Below, piece by piece: positions 39,514 to 52,864 of a DNA stretch of 64,000 nucleotides (its first letter is position 1; every line of letters starts with the position of its first letter). A program made the translations under genes and the position numbers. Under the pieces are notes generated by a model, which saw nothing but the letters and a program-made list of their open reading frames with translations, was not told the DNA's origin and did not search any database. This DNA comes from Octopus bimaculoides (taxonomy: Eukaryota), in assembly GCF_001194135.2 (NCBI RefSeq), contig NC_068981.1, positions 145,129,834-145,193,833 on the forward strand, in the 5' to 3' direction.

Positions 39514-41492
39514 CGTTTTCAGAAATACTCTTCTCTTTCCTTATCTTTAACATCAATTGACTACAATCCAAGTTAGGCAGCAGGCATTACCTCTTACGAA
39601 CACGCAACCCACACATCACATTTATTCGAGATGCAAATGTCCAATCTACACCCTTTACTCACACGTCCCTCTAAAATGTGTCTGCACAAATTTAGATCTC
39701 GCTCTCCTAGCTTCTCACTTATCTCACCGGTTTTATCAACAGCAAAGATTTCTAGCTACTTTGTTCCAAAATCTCTCCCCTCCCCACTCCTCTAACAAAT
39801 ATCTACATCGTCTGCAGCTCTTTGAACTTCAACCACGCAGACATCTACATCACTTCTCTGAAGTCACCATACTAAGTGAATTTACCGCCAACAACACTTC
39901 TTAGTTGCCCTACTCATACTGATGGCGCTGGCGCAGAAACTAAATCATTCGCAATCTTCAACTAACTTAATACTCTACAATCCCTGCTCGATAAACAGAA
40001 ACTTTAAGCATATCTGATCTTTTTCTCATCTCCAAGCTCTTCCAGACCAGCGTCGCATGTACTCCAATTGGTTTGTCCGGTTTACTGTCCGGTCACATTT
40101 GCACACAACGTTTATGTAACGTGCCTACTTTACGTACCTGATGATACTTTAAGTTGACTGGCTGGTCATAGCTACGCCAATTCTATTCTGAATATCCCGA
40201 GAAACACATATGCTTCACTCCTGACTCATCAGAAAGAGAGCAGTACTTGAAACTATCCTGTTAGCAATACTCTTTCAAAATTCTAAGTCCTCCAAGTAGT
40301 TCGCGCGTAGCTACACTGCAACAGACAAAGCAAAAAGAGAACGTTGGAGTATATTAGCCTCTCTTACAAACTGGGCGGTTCTTACAAGCACCAGAATTCA
40401 TGCAGGACTATTATTTGCACTACGATGATGGTCTTCCGTCATAGTTATGGTGACTTGCAAAGCTCTATCAAAAGAATAGCCCACAAACTCTTAAAACTAC
40501 AAAGATGACAACTTTAAGAAATCCTTCTACCCCACTACTTTCAATCCTAATTCTTGATTGATGTAGTTTGTCACAAATATGGCCTTAACATCAGTTATTA
40601 CCAATGAAAAGAAACCAAGAACAATCAGTAAAATAACTCTATTGCGCGTCAGATGTTATTTCTAATTCGCTTGTTTGTAAAATGATTCTTCTGCTACAGA
40701 AACACTTTTTAAATAAAATAATATGATTATTCGCTCTGAAATTTAATCCATTTACATATTTGTTGTTATCAAGAAGAAAAGTTAGCAAGTTTTGAGCGAA
40801 AAATATATTGATATAGCCATAATCACAAATATTGTTATAGCCACGATTGCAGATCAGATTAAAACTGAATCGTAAACTCAGCTCATTGTTTAGGATATTC
40901 GTTTCAAATTTAGTCGACTTCAGCTGAATTTGAGCCCAAAACGTAAAGATGGATGAGATGCCGCTAAGCATTAAGCCCGACGTACTAAGAATTCTGCCAG
41001 GTCGCAGAATATTGATTTGTTCTCACAGGCACAGTGCTGACTTTTGAAATATTTGAGTATAATCGATCGAGCTAATTGCTTATGTGAGAGTTAATTCGTG
41101 AGTAAATTACTCAGTGACACCAAACATTGTAGACACAATGGTTAAGCTAGTGTTGCGATATGTAATATTATGGGCATTAGAATGGTAATGAGGTATAATT
41201 AAGCAACGAGGTAAAGTTGAGTACAATTTCAGACGTATCCCGGTCTAAAAACCCCTTAGACAAACATATACTTCATCGTATTTACTGAAGTAATGATGAG
41301 AGAATTACTAAATAGTTATACACTAGTAGCTATATACTGTTTTACATGGGTTCAATCAGTCAAGAAGCCATGCTAATCTAAAAAGTACAGGTACTATTCG
41401 AATTACAAAAATGCTAAAATTAAGGAAAGCTAAAATATATAAATTAATGAATGAGTCAATATATGTGTATGTATATGTATGCCTGTATATAT

Positions 41493-41531
<39 letters not shown>

Positions 41532-41542
41532 CATACATATAT

Positions 41543-41905
41543 GGCTGTGTGGTAAGTAGCTTGCTTACCAGCTGCATGGTTCCGGGTTCAGTCCCATTGC
41601 GTGGCACCTTGGGCAAGTGTCTTCTACTATAACACCGGGCTGATCAAAGCTTTGTGAGTGGATTTGGTAGACGGAAACTGAAAGAAGCCCGTCATATATG
41701 TGTGTGTGTCTGTCTGTCTGTCTGTGTGTGTGTTTGTGTGTCTGTGTTCGTCCCCCTACATCACTTGACGTCCCCGTAACTTAGCGGTTCTGCAAAGTAG
41801 ACCGATAGAATAAGTACTAGTCTTACAAAGAATAAGTTCTGGGGTCGACTTGCTCGACTAATGGTGGTGCTCCAGCATGTCCAATGACTGAAACAAATAA
41901 AGGAA
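41543..41905 (+). mobile_element. SINE family A, full-length (tRNA-derived head, CORE-like segment, internal microsatellite)
   Basis: GGCTGTGTGGTAAG (A-box-like), GGGTTCAGTCCC (B-box-like), CACCTTGGGCAAGTG (CORE-like), (GT)n, tail GACTGAAACAAATAAAG. Confidence 0.8.
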
Positions 41906-43274
41906 TTTATGTATACATATATACATACCTGTATATATATATNNNNNNNNNNNNNNNNNNNNNNNNNNNNNNNNNNNNNNNNNNNNNNNNNNNNNNNNNN
42001 NNNNNNNNNNNNNNNNNNNNNNNNNNNNNNNNNNNNNNGTCTTACAAAGAATAAGTTCTGGGGTCGACTTGCTCGACTAATGGTGGTGCTCCAGCATGTC
42101 CAATGACTGAAACAAATAAAGGAATTTATGTATACATATATACATACCTGTATTCGTGTGTGTGTGTGTGTTTGTGAACATAAAGAGATAAATGCTATGC
42201 AGTAATGCGTTCAGAGGCCGAAAGAAAGGCATGAACTTTCCTATACTGCCTTCCCTAAAATATATGATCATTGTACTTAGTAAATATATTTGGATACGAA
42301 GGCTACAATTCCATTAACAAAACTGACTGCTAATATTCTTGAGAAATATATGTACTTAGTACTCCATGGTACTAAATTATAAATGCTGAGTAGACTTTGC
42401 TGAAGGACCCAAGGGGATATGTGGTTGTTTTACACCGGATGACTGGATTCCATATAGTTATTGTCCACCAGATTTCACACACATGATTTTAGTTTTTCTG
42501 AGTCTATTGTAAAAGACACTTTGTTAAAATGTTACAAATTAGGATTGGTCACGAAGTTATGAAGCGAAATTCTTATGCATACAGCCATATTTACGCCCGT
42601 TAGAAACAATGTACTTTCCTAGAATCATTATCATTATCTTTAGAAATGAAATGTCCATGTTGATCCAAACTTTCTAAACCAGATATTAGTAAGTGACATG
42701 TATCATAATAAGATCACAGCTCTGAGTAACAATTATTCCTTGAATAATAATTGGCAATTTACTTCCTCCCGAGGTTTAAATCGATATAGCTTCTTTGTGT
42801 GCATTATAAGAATTCTCATAAAAATAGATTATTTGGATATTACACTGGTTGCTACCACAGTGCATCGGGTTAAGAGCTAGGCAACAATATTTAGATTATA
42901 TAAAGATTAAAGAATCAGTTTTCTTGACTTTGCCTTTCACCATTCCTTACAAATATCCAAAATGTCATTATCACTTAAGAAAGTATTGATTCTTTTACAT
43001 ACAACCTAGCACTTTGCACGGAGTTGCAGATGGTTCAGACGTCACTAGATCAATTTAAGGTACTTATTTTATTGACTCGCTGAAGAATGAAATATAAATT
43101 GTGCTTCAGATGAATTTCATCTCAAAAATGTAGTTCAAAATGATTAAATTTACATGGGAAATACAGAGCGCTAAAAAGTGTATGAATGATATATATANNN
43201 NNNNNNNNNNNNNNNNNNNNNNNNNNNNNNNNNNNNNNNNNNNNNNNNNNNNNNNNNNNNNNNNNNNNNNNNNN

Positions 43275-43313
<39 letters not shown>

Positions 43314-43786
43314 GTTGAGCAGAGCACCGGCACAGCTTAGGCTAACTGTTGTCATCCGCAGTAGTGATACACTTCTGTTGGGTCTACTTCATGAACTCCG
43401 CAGTGGTAGTTAGGGTAATATTATAAATTAATAGGAGATGGATTTCGTATTAGACCTTTATTAAATACAACAAATGTTTCGACCCAGTAGTCTTGCTCTC
43501 TTCAGGTACATTGATAAAGATGTCTCTCTAGAGATTTTTAGTGTCAGCTGGCTTGTTGGTATATGCTCATCAAGCTAGAGAATGAATAAAAGCAAATAAT
43601 GTTATAGAAACGCAAAACATTCAGATGTGAACGTGGAAATCTTCCGTTCCAAGTTACATAAAATAGCCTAATCAGTTTTCATTGTTATAGCTGCTTAGAG
43701 GGAAAAGAAAGTAGGAGAAACGACGATTAATATTTAGTTAACTAGTTTTATGTTCGTGCATATACGTACAGACGGACAAATAGGAC

Positions 43787-43828
<42 letters not shown>

Positions 43829-46800
43829 GGAACAGGTGTGTGAACAGCAAGGATGTATTTGACACTCGGGAAAAATGAAAAAGTCTTCTACGTTTCGAGC
43901 CTACGCTCTTCAACAGAAAGGAATAAGAGAAAATAAACAGGGACATTGAAATAAAAAAAACTTGTAGAGTTCAGCGGTCGAACATGATGAATGTGTNNNN
44001 NNNNNNNNNNNNNNNNNNNNNNNNNNNNNNNNNNNNNNNNNNNNNNNNNNNNNNNNNNNNNNNNNNNNNNNNNNNNNNNNNNNNNNNNNNNNNNNNNNNN
44101 NNNNNNNNNNNNNNNNNNNNNNNNNNNNNNNNNNNNNNNNNNNNNNNNNNNNNNNNNNNNNNNNNNNNNNNNNNNNNNNNNNNNNNNNNNNNNNNNNNNN
44201 NNNNNNNNNNNNNNNNNNNNNNNNNNNNNNNNNNNNNNNNNNNNNNNNNNNNNNNNNNNNNNNNNNNNNNNNNNNNNNNNNNNNNNNNNNNNNNNNNNNN
44301 NNNNNNNNNNNNNNNNNNNNNNNNNNNNNNNNNNNNNNNNNNNNNNNNNNNNNNNNNNNNNNNNNNNNNNNNNNNNNNNNNNNNNNNNNNNNNNNNNNNN
44401 NNNNNNNNNNNNNNNNNNNNNNNNNNNNNNNNNNNNNNNNNNNNNNNNNNNNNNNNNNNNNNNNNNNNNNNNNNNNNNNNNNNNNNNNNNNNNNNNNNNN
44501 NNNNNNNNNNNNNNNNNNNNNNNNNNNNNNNNNNNNNNNNNNNNNNNNNNNNNNNNNNNNNNNNNNNNNNNNNNNNNNNNNNNNNNNNNNNNNNNNNNNN
44601 NNNNNNNNNNNNNNNNNNNNNNNNNNNNNNNNNNNNNNNNNNNNNNNNNNNNNNNNNNNNNNNNNNNNNNNNNNNNNNNNNNNNNNNNNNNNNNNNNNNN
44701 NNNNNNNNNNNNNNNNNNNNNNNNNNNNNNNNNNNNNNNNNNNNNNNNNNNNNNNNNNNNNNNNNNNNTATATATATAATGTCGTAGTTGTTCTAGATAT
44801 GTGCCCTTTATTCACTCTAGCGAAATGAACTAATTATTGAACTAATTATTCAAAAGTTAAATTTTGGGCTATTTGTGTTTCTAATCTGAGCACAACTTTG
44901 TATGTTACAGTTGTTCTGCCAGAAATATATTCCTCATAGAATTCCTTTCCAGTCCTTTGTCTTTGCTGAAGTCGTCAACCTGCAGATGTTCAAGTCAGTG
45001 AGGCGCTGCGAAGTCTATGAGAACGTCCCCTTCCACCAGACATAACATTTAAAAGACTATTCTTTTTCCGGAAAAATGTCAAAGATAGTTCAAGACTGCT
45101 GTAACCACAAAATAAAACAACCATGCAATCATCTCTAAAGGTTAACGTATGAGATACACAATTATTTATCTTCAGACAGTACGGCACTTGACTGTTTTAT
45201 AAGCCAGCGATGGAGCTTCAAAGCAGTCGATTGACCGGCTAGAAAACGTATTTAAATATCCTTCAAATCATATTCTCTCGTCTTAAAACCATGGTACATC
45301 GGTTAATGTGTTCCTGGGAGCATTCTAATTGAAAGATGAGACAGGATGATCATAGGTGGAATGACGTTGATTATAGGTTTACTCAGTCATCACTCACCTT
45401 GCTCTAAACAATAACAAGAGCAACAACAGCGTTCCCATCTCATCAGTACAATAATAGACGCAGTTTGTTAATTACCAAATATTCAAATCAGAAACTACCT
45501 GGTGATTGCGCCAAGTTTCCTAGTTTCGATCAATAAATTCGTGGGTGACTTGGACGATTCTGTCATTATGTCTTAATTGAAGCAAAACTAACAATTACGT
45601 CGAGACTGAAATCATAGGTATAGAGAAGGCTTTTTCCAAGACAACGAATATTCTTGCTGGTTTATGTTTTGTGTTTATTAAAATTTACTTTTTTGTCTTG
45701 ATGTTTACGCTGTTTTTTATATGATTATTAATTTAATTGTAAAAATTGATTCAGCTTGCATCGATAGCCAAGTGAATAAGAAAGGATTTCTCATCATCAT
45801 TATCGTCATCATTATCAACATTTCCGTTGTCCTGATCATCTGCATCATTATCGTCAATTATTTCCTATACACCATGCAATTAATTCCAGATAATCTTCGA
45901 TGTGTGCAGTGTATGTGCAGTGTACATTATATATATAATGTGTTTTATATNNNNNNNNNNNNNNNNNNNNNNNNNNNNNNNNNNNNNNNNNNNNNNNNNN
46001 NNNNNNNNNNNNNNNNNNNNNNNNNNNNNNNNNNNNNNNNNNNNNNNNNNNNNNNNNNNNNNNNNNNNNNNNNNNNNNNNNNNNNNNNNNNNNNNNNNNN
46101 NNNNNNNNNNNNNNNNNNNNNNNNNNNNNNNNNNNNNNNNNNNNNNNNNNNNNNNNNNNNNNNNNNNNNNNNNNNNNNNNNNNNNNNNNNNNNNNNNNNN
46201 NNNNNNNNNNNNNNNNNNNNNNNNNNNNNNNNNNNNNNNNNNNNNNNNNNNNNNNNNNNNNNNNNNNNNNNNNNNNNNNNNNNNNNNNNNNNNNNNNNNN
46301 NNNNNNNNNNNNNNNNNNNNNNNNNNNNNNNNNNNNNNNNNNNNNNNNNNNNNNNNNNNNNNNNNNNNNNNNNNNNNNNNNNNATATATAATGTATATAT
46401 AGATAATGTGTATATATATATATATAATGTATATATATATAATGTATATGTATAATGTGTATGTATATATATAATGTGTATATATATATAATGTGTATAT
46501 ATATAATGTGTATATATATTTATAATGTGTGTATATATATATATATATAATGTATGTATGTATGTATATATAAAAGCTTATATATTCACATATGTGTGTA
46601 TTCGTGTTTCAGTGTCTGCATGTGCAGTATGTTTGCACAGGTATGTGCACATGCTTGATTATTGCAGTGTACATTTGTGAAACAGTAACTTTCAATTACT
46701 AAACAGGGTGATGAGAAGGAAAGAAATATCTGGACATTTCTCTCAACTTGGAACTTTTTACAATTTTTTTTTTTTTTTTTTTTTTTCAAATTGTTATAGA

Positions 46801-46905
46801 TTTGCTCTTTGGACGTTTCTATGAAAATGCCTACTGTCCTTCGTCTTTGAATTGCTCTGTTTCTGTTACCCTTGTTGCCGATAAAGAAATGATAATAATA
46901 ATAAT

Positions 46906-46954
<49 letters not shown>

Positions 46955-46955
<1 letters not shown>

Positions 46956-47385
46956 AGGCAGCGAGCCGACAGAATGGTTAGCATATCAGGCAAAATGCTT
47001 AGCTGCATTCCTTCCGGCTTTACTTTCTAAGTTCAAATTCCGCTGAGGTCAACTTTGCCTTTCAATCTTTCGAGTTCGATAAAATAAGAACCAGTTAAGC
47101 ACTGGGGTCGATGTAATTTACTACTCCTCGCAATCAAAAACTGTACCTATAACAGAATGGATTATTAAGCCAGCGAACAAGCAGAAACGTTAGCACACAC
47201 AACAAAAATACTTAGCGACATTTCTTCCAGGTCTTTACGTTCCGAATTCGGACACCGTCGAAGTTGTCTTTGATTTTCATCCTTTAGAGGTCGATAAAAT
47301 AAGTACCAGTCGAACACTGGGATCGATGTATTCGACAATCCTCTACCTACAGAATTTCAGGCCTTATACCCATGGTAGAAAGGAT
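46955..47385 (+). mobile_element. Head-to-tail dimer of SINE family B
   Basis: AAGGCAGCGAGCCGACAGAATGGTTAGC..GTCAACTTTGCCTTTC, then AAGCCAGCGAACAAGCAGAAACGTTAGC..GATAAAATAAGTACCAG. Confidence 0.7.
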
Positions 47386-48609
47386 TACTACTCCTACTAC
47401 TACCATTTATTCGTCGACTTTGTTATTTGGCTATCATTGAATATATATTCAATAAATAATATAATGATTTTCTCTGGGGAGAAAGAGTCGTGTTTATGGC
47501 TTTTGAATGTCCTCCGAGACCACTGAAGTGAAGACAACTAATGTTCTTGAGCACCTGAAAGTAACAAATGAGATATTGTCTCTGTGGAGGAGTTTCTTGT
47601 TACTGAAACCGGGACTGCATTTTTTTTTCTTAATTCATTCTTGAATATGTACAACTTGTTTCAGTGGGAATACTAAGTGTTTTTCACAGCTATAACCATT
47701 CGGAATTAACGGTAACCAAACTGAAAGAAGGTACTGATCTTTAGATTAAAACCACGTCAAATGAACGTCTTAGTAGTCGCTTATTGATTGTTGTTTCCTT
47801 ATATTTATACAAGTCGAAATCAGACGTTTTTGTTGAACGTATTGAGTGGTTGTGGCGCCATGTATATACGTTATCTCAAGCACTCAAGTGGCTGGAAGAT
47901 AAATAGTTACACGTAATGCCATTTCTGGTTTCAACATCATTAATTACGCTTCCGATCTATAATGCATTCACATAATATTTATTGCACATTATCAACATTT
48001 GGAAAGTGCTGCTTATGTACAAATGTTTGTTTTATCAATCATTAGAGGTTAGTCATAAAGCATACTAGTCATAAATGATCAATGATCAATATCTCTACAT
48101 AATATTATCTATTCGTCTGTTTGTCTTAATGTTTAATATTTGGCTATCAATGTATCTATTTATCATTCTATATTTTTATAGACAAATGTATGTCTGTGTT
48201 TATGCATAAGTGTGTATATAAATGTATGTGTGTGTAAGAATGGGTGTGTGGTTAAAAGTTCGCGTTACAACCACTTGATTTCTGATTCAGTCCTACTGCG
48301 TGGGACCAAGAGTAAATGTATTCTACTATAGCCCCGACGCCTACCGTTTCCTGCTAAATGGATATGGTTAATTGATGGCAACTGAGCGGAAACACAACCT
48401 CCATCTATCTACCATGTCACCGGTTTGTTTACCTCATCGAAAATTAGTGGTTCGATAAAAACAAAATACCGGTAAAATAAGTACCTAATTCAAAAATTGA
48501 CACCAAAACATTTGTGTGTTTGTGTATATATTTTCGCCTCTTTGTGTGTGTGTAAATAAATAAATATATACATAGCAATCATGTCTATTCTTCAGTGACT
48601 AAATACTAG

Positions 48610-49720
48610 GCATCTTTTCCCTTTGAACGGCACATCGAGAAATTAATGTTTTGTAACTAAACACTTTCAAAATTCGGACACTGGTAGAACGTGTCTTATA
48701 AAACAAATTTTACTCTTAGTGTTGTTGAGAAAAGTTTATATTTTCAAAGTTATTTCGTGTTAAAGTTGTCGTATTTCGGTAATTTCAACCAATCAATGAC
48801 GTGTATTCAGCTGAATAAAATGACTGCCGTTGTTTGCCAACAACAACTATCGGCGGTGTATATTTCCTATGTCATTGTTATCTATGACATCGTTCGTGCG
48901 TTTGTACTGGTCTTAGCTTTGGGGTTTTAGGGTTAGGGTTAGGGTTAGGGTTCGGGTTTTAGAGTTAAGGTTAGGGTTTTAGGGTCACGATTAGGGTTTT
49001 AAAGTTAGGGCTTTAGAGTTAGGGTCAGGGTTAGGGTTTAAGGTTAGGGATAGGGTTTTAGAGTTAGGGTTAGGGTTAGGGTTTTAGGGTTAGGTTAGGG
49101 TTAGGGTTTTAGGGTTAGAGTTTTAAAGTTAGGGTTAATGTTAGGGTTTTAGGATTAGGGTTAGGGTTCTAGAGTTAGGGTTAGGGTTTTAGGGTTAGGG
49201 TTGGGGTTTTAGCGTTAGGGTTAGGGTTGGGATTTTAGGGCTAGAGTTACGGAAAAATGTAAAAAAAATTAAGAAATTGGATGGTGAGGGTGGCAAACAT
49301 GTCTTTCCGAAAATAGTAGCTGAAAAACAGGAAAAAAAACTAAAAGCGGTAGAAATGCACGAACGATTGTGGTGGTACCATGAAGTAAACATGCTTCAGA
49401 TACACTCGTTTATTCATACAAACGTAACTGAGATTAAATATGTCATAAATAACAGTGACAAGTGAAATATACACCGTCGGAAGTTGTTGTTGACAAACAA
49501 CAGCAGTAATTGCTTTCACCTCAATAGACGTCATTGATTGGTTGAAATTACCGAAATACGACAACTTTAACACGAAATAACTTCAAAAATACACAATTTT
49601 CTCAAAAACGCCAAGAGTAAATGATGTTTTATGTGACACATTCTACCAGTATACGAATTTTGAAAGTGTTTAGCTACAAAAAATTATTTTTTAAATGTGC
49701 CGGCCAAAGGGAAAAGATCC
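48610..49720. mobile_element. Non-autonomous long-TIR DNA transposon (Merlin-like) with internal telomere-like array
   Basis: 8-bp TSD AATACTAG (48602-48609, 49721-49728); termini GGCATCTTTTCCCTTT / AAAGGGAAAAGATCC; imperfect TIRs of about 280 bp. Confidence 0.75.
48917..49245 (+). repeat. Degenerate interstitial telomere-like array (TTAGGG/TTTTAGGG/TTAGAG)
   Basis: Direct reading. Confidence 0.95.
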
Positions 49721-51132
49721 AATACTAGTTGGTCGACCGAACTGAGCTTTTGATTCTAAAAGACCTTTCCTTTCTTATGGGAGATAAACCAGATTTCATA
49801 TTAGGCTTATTAACCCCGCGAAGATATTGGCAGAATTAATAAAAAAAATTTTGGTTGAGTAATTGCTAAGGTTAGTGAACATGTGCGCTTGAATTTGTGG
49901 AAGTGTACATAGTGGGTTGGGGTGATATTTTGGTTCGAAAATGTTAATAAAAGTAGTGTTTCTTTTATACAGTTCGAGACAGAGAAATGCTCGTCATATA
50001 AATAAAAAATAATTAACCTATGGTACACATACTGCTTGCTAAGCTCAGTTTTTACATTACAGGGTTGGAACTTAGGAACCTGGAATTAAAATTGACATAT
50101 AAAAGATATCAGCACTGCTGAATACATAAATACTGGACAACTCATTAACAGATAGACATTAAACGACTAGAATTCTCGTAAATTCTTTAACAGGAACACC
50201 AAATTATTAAAAGTACCTTTTTTGTCATAACAAAGCCTTCTTAAATATAAGTATTCGTAACCGTCTCTATAATGGCTTACATTGCGATAAAATTAATATG
50301 TGTACTAGACTACAGTTCGCATTAGCTTTTTCCGAAAGCAATTACAAGTGCAGATAAAGAAATATAAAACTTGTTTCTAAAATTCACAGTTTGTTGAAAA
50401 GATAGGCTTTAATATAATTAAATCGACAAATATAACTATCCCGGTATAATGGGGTTTTTTTCCTTCGGACGTATTTCTCCCAGAAGACTGAAGGTTCCAC
50501 CACTTCTGATATATAATCTCATCAATGTAAAAATAACAACTCTGTCTAAGATCATAATCTCCAAATGAAAATATCCTAATTATCTAAAATCACAGCAAGC
50601 TATAAATAACAACGTGTATCATGAAACTAATATCATAATTATTTGAAACAAGAGTGAAGAAAATTTCTTACAGTGGAACGTTACAATCAAGCTAACTGCC
50701 GTCTGACAGTATGAAAAAAAAAATTATATTGCCAACCATGGTTATTTTATGAAATATAATTATTAATTTTAAAAAGCAGCGCTTGAACGAACATGTCTGA
50801 TCGTGTGTGGCAGTAAGGTCTCAATGCAGTGTGTATTGAATTGGACAAGCTTCTTGCTGAAACTGAATTTAAATATTTGCAAATAGTTTCGATATGCAAA
50901 CCACAATATTCTCTCTGTAAAATGAATTGAATAAGTCGGCTAGTTTTTCAGTTAGCAGCTTATTAGAGGTGTTTATTTTAACCGATCTACTGAGGGTCAT
51001 AGCTAACAGCTACCTATATAAAGTCTGTAACATTCAGCCACTTATAACAATGGACAACAGGTATTACTTTTGGTCATATTTGCATAGAATGCCGGATTAA
51101 GGAAAGTACTAAACACGGTCTTTCTAGATATC

Positions 51133-51452
51133 TGTGGAGACGCAATGGTTAGGGTAGCGGACTCGCGGTCATAGGATCGCGGTTTCGATTCCCAGACCGG
51201 GCGTTGTGAGTATTTATTGAGCGAAAACACCTAGAACTCCACGAAGCTCCAGCAGGGGATGGTGGCGAACCCTGCTGTACACTTTCACCACAACTTTCTC
51301 TCACTCTTACTTCCTGTTTCTGTTGTGCCTGTAATTCAAAGGGCCAGCCTTGTCACACTGTGTCACGCTGAATATCCCCGAGAATTACATTAAGGGTACA
51401 CGTGTCTGTGGAGTGCTCAGCCACTTGCACGTTAATTTCACGAGAACTGATC
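51133..51452 (+). mobile_element. tRNA-derived SINE family C, 3'-truncated copy
   Basis: TGTGGAGACGCAATGGTTAGGGTAGCGG (A box), GGTTTCGATTCCC (B box). Confidence 0.85.
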
Positions 51453-51796
51453 TACTAGCATTGATCTGGTACATAATAACAACAATGAAAACAAAACAAG
51501 TCTTACAGTGACAAATGTGTCATAACAAATTTCATTAATATCGCTTGAATTTTTCAATCATGCAAACATAGACAACAGAACAAATTATTTAAAGTAAAAT
51601 ATATTATTTATAATCACTTACACAGACATCTAGATAGATAGATAGATAGATAGATAACTTTCTNNNNNNNNNNATCAAAAGGGATCGAAGTCGTTTTTGG
51701 ATATACACAACAAAAGTCGAAGTAGTACAAAAAATTCCCAAGAAATGGGGACGTTTATCCGTGAAAAGAAAAACCTACGAAAAGACCACAGATATC

Positions 51797-52178
51797 TGTG
51801 GAGACGCAATGGTTAGGGTAGAGGACTCGCGGTCATAGGATCGCGGTTTCGATTCCCAGATTGGGCATTGTGAGTGTTTATTGAGCGGAAACACCTAAAG
51901 CTCCACGCGGCTCCAGCAGGGGATGGTGGCGAACCCTGTTGTACTCTTTCACCACAACTTTCTTTCACTCTTACTTCCTGTTTCTGTTGTGCCTGTAATT
52001 CAAAGGGCCAGCCTTGTCCCACTCTGTGTCACGCTGAATATCCCTGAGAACTACGTTAAGGGTACACGTGTCTGTGGAGTGCTCAGCCACTTGCACGTTA
52101 ATTTCACGAGCAGGCTGTTCCGTTGATCGGATCAACTGGTACCTTCGTCGTCGTAAGCGACGGAGTGCCAACAACAAC
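51797..52178 (+). mobile_element. tRNA-derived SINE family C, full-length
   Basis: Same head; 3' hairpin CGTCG-TAAG-CGACG and (CAA)n tail. Confidence 0.85.
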
Positions 52179-52864
52179 TTTCTAGATATCTACATAAATA
52201 AATCCATGTGCGTGCGTTTGGTAAATATAAATTTAGCCTAACTGTGAAAATTGAATTGACAATTCCATCATTTTAAATTATTCAATGTGGCCATTATTAT
52301 TCAATGTAGCCTTAACACAGCTGACTATATAGATTGGAGCATTACTACGATTATTGTCAAAATGATTTATGAACTTTAATTAAATAATATATGTCATAGC
52401 ATGTAGAATAAAATTAATGATTCTGCACAACCATTGTTTACGTTGATCTGGAGATAAAAGATGTTAACCTATAACAGGTGTCTTTATTCAGGTACAATAA
52501 AACTGGATTCTAATTGTTTAATCATCCAGATAAAGCCAAGTGTCTACAAAGCTCAACTGAGATTCAAAATGGACTATTGCTCCCACGTTTAGTTCGGTGT
52601 TGCAGCAGCTGCACTTACGGGATATATCCAGTGCTGCATCGAGAAATGGTTTCCCAACTGACTTGTTTGTAGTCGCTCACCATTCAACTCCGACCCCTTG
52701 TCCGTAAACATGCCTTCTCATTTTGCTTTTTTTCATTTTTTTTTTCATTCTTAAATGCTACTACTAAGTTATTAGCCCTCTCAGCGCTGCCTAATAACCG
52801 AACCTCTCAACAATGAACTAAGTATCGTGCCCAATTTCCACCCCAACCTCACCCCCAAACATTA

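Noticed and set aside
41815-42150. Direct repeat of a SINE tail on both sides of the gap at 41943-42038
   Set aside because: Identical sequence flanking an N gap; typical unmerged scaffold overlap.
44905-45100. Minus-strand exon VDDFSKDKGLERNSMRNIF
   Set aside because: Weak splice sites; more like a decayed RTE-type LINE tail.
51133-51205. Functional tRNA gene
   Set aside because: The tRNA-like head continues into a shared SINE body in both copies; there is no clean acceptor stem or T-run terminator.
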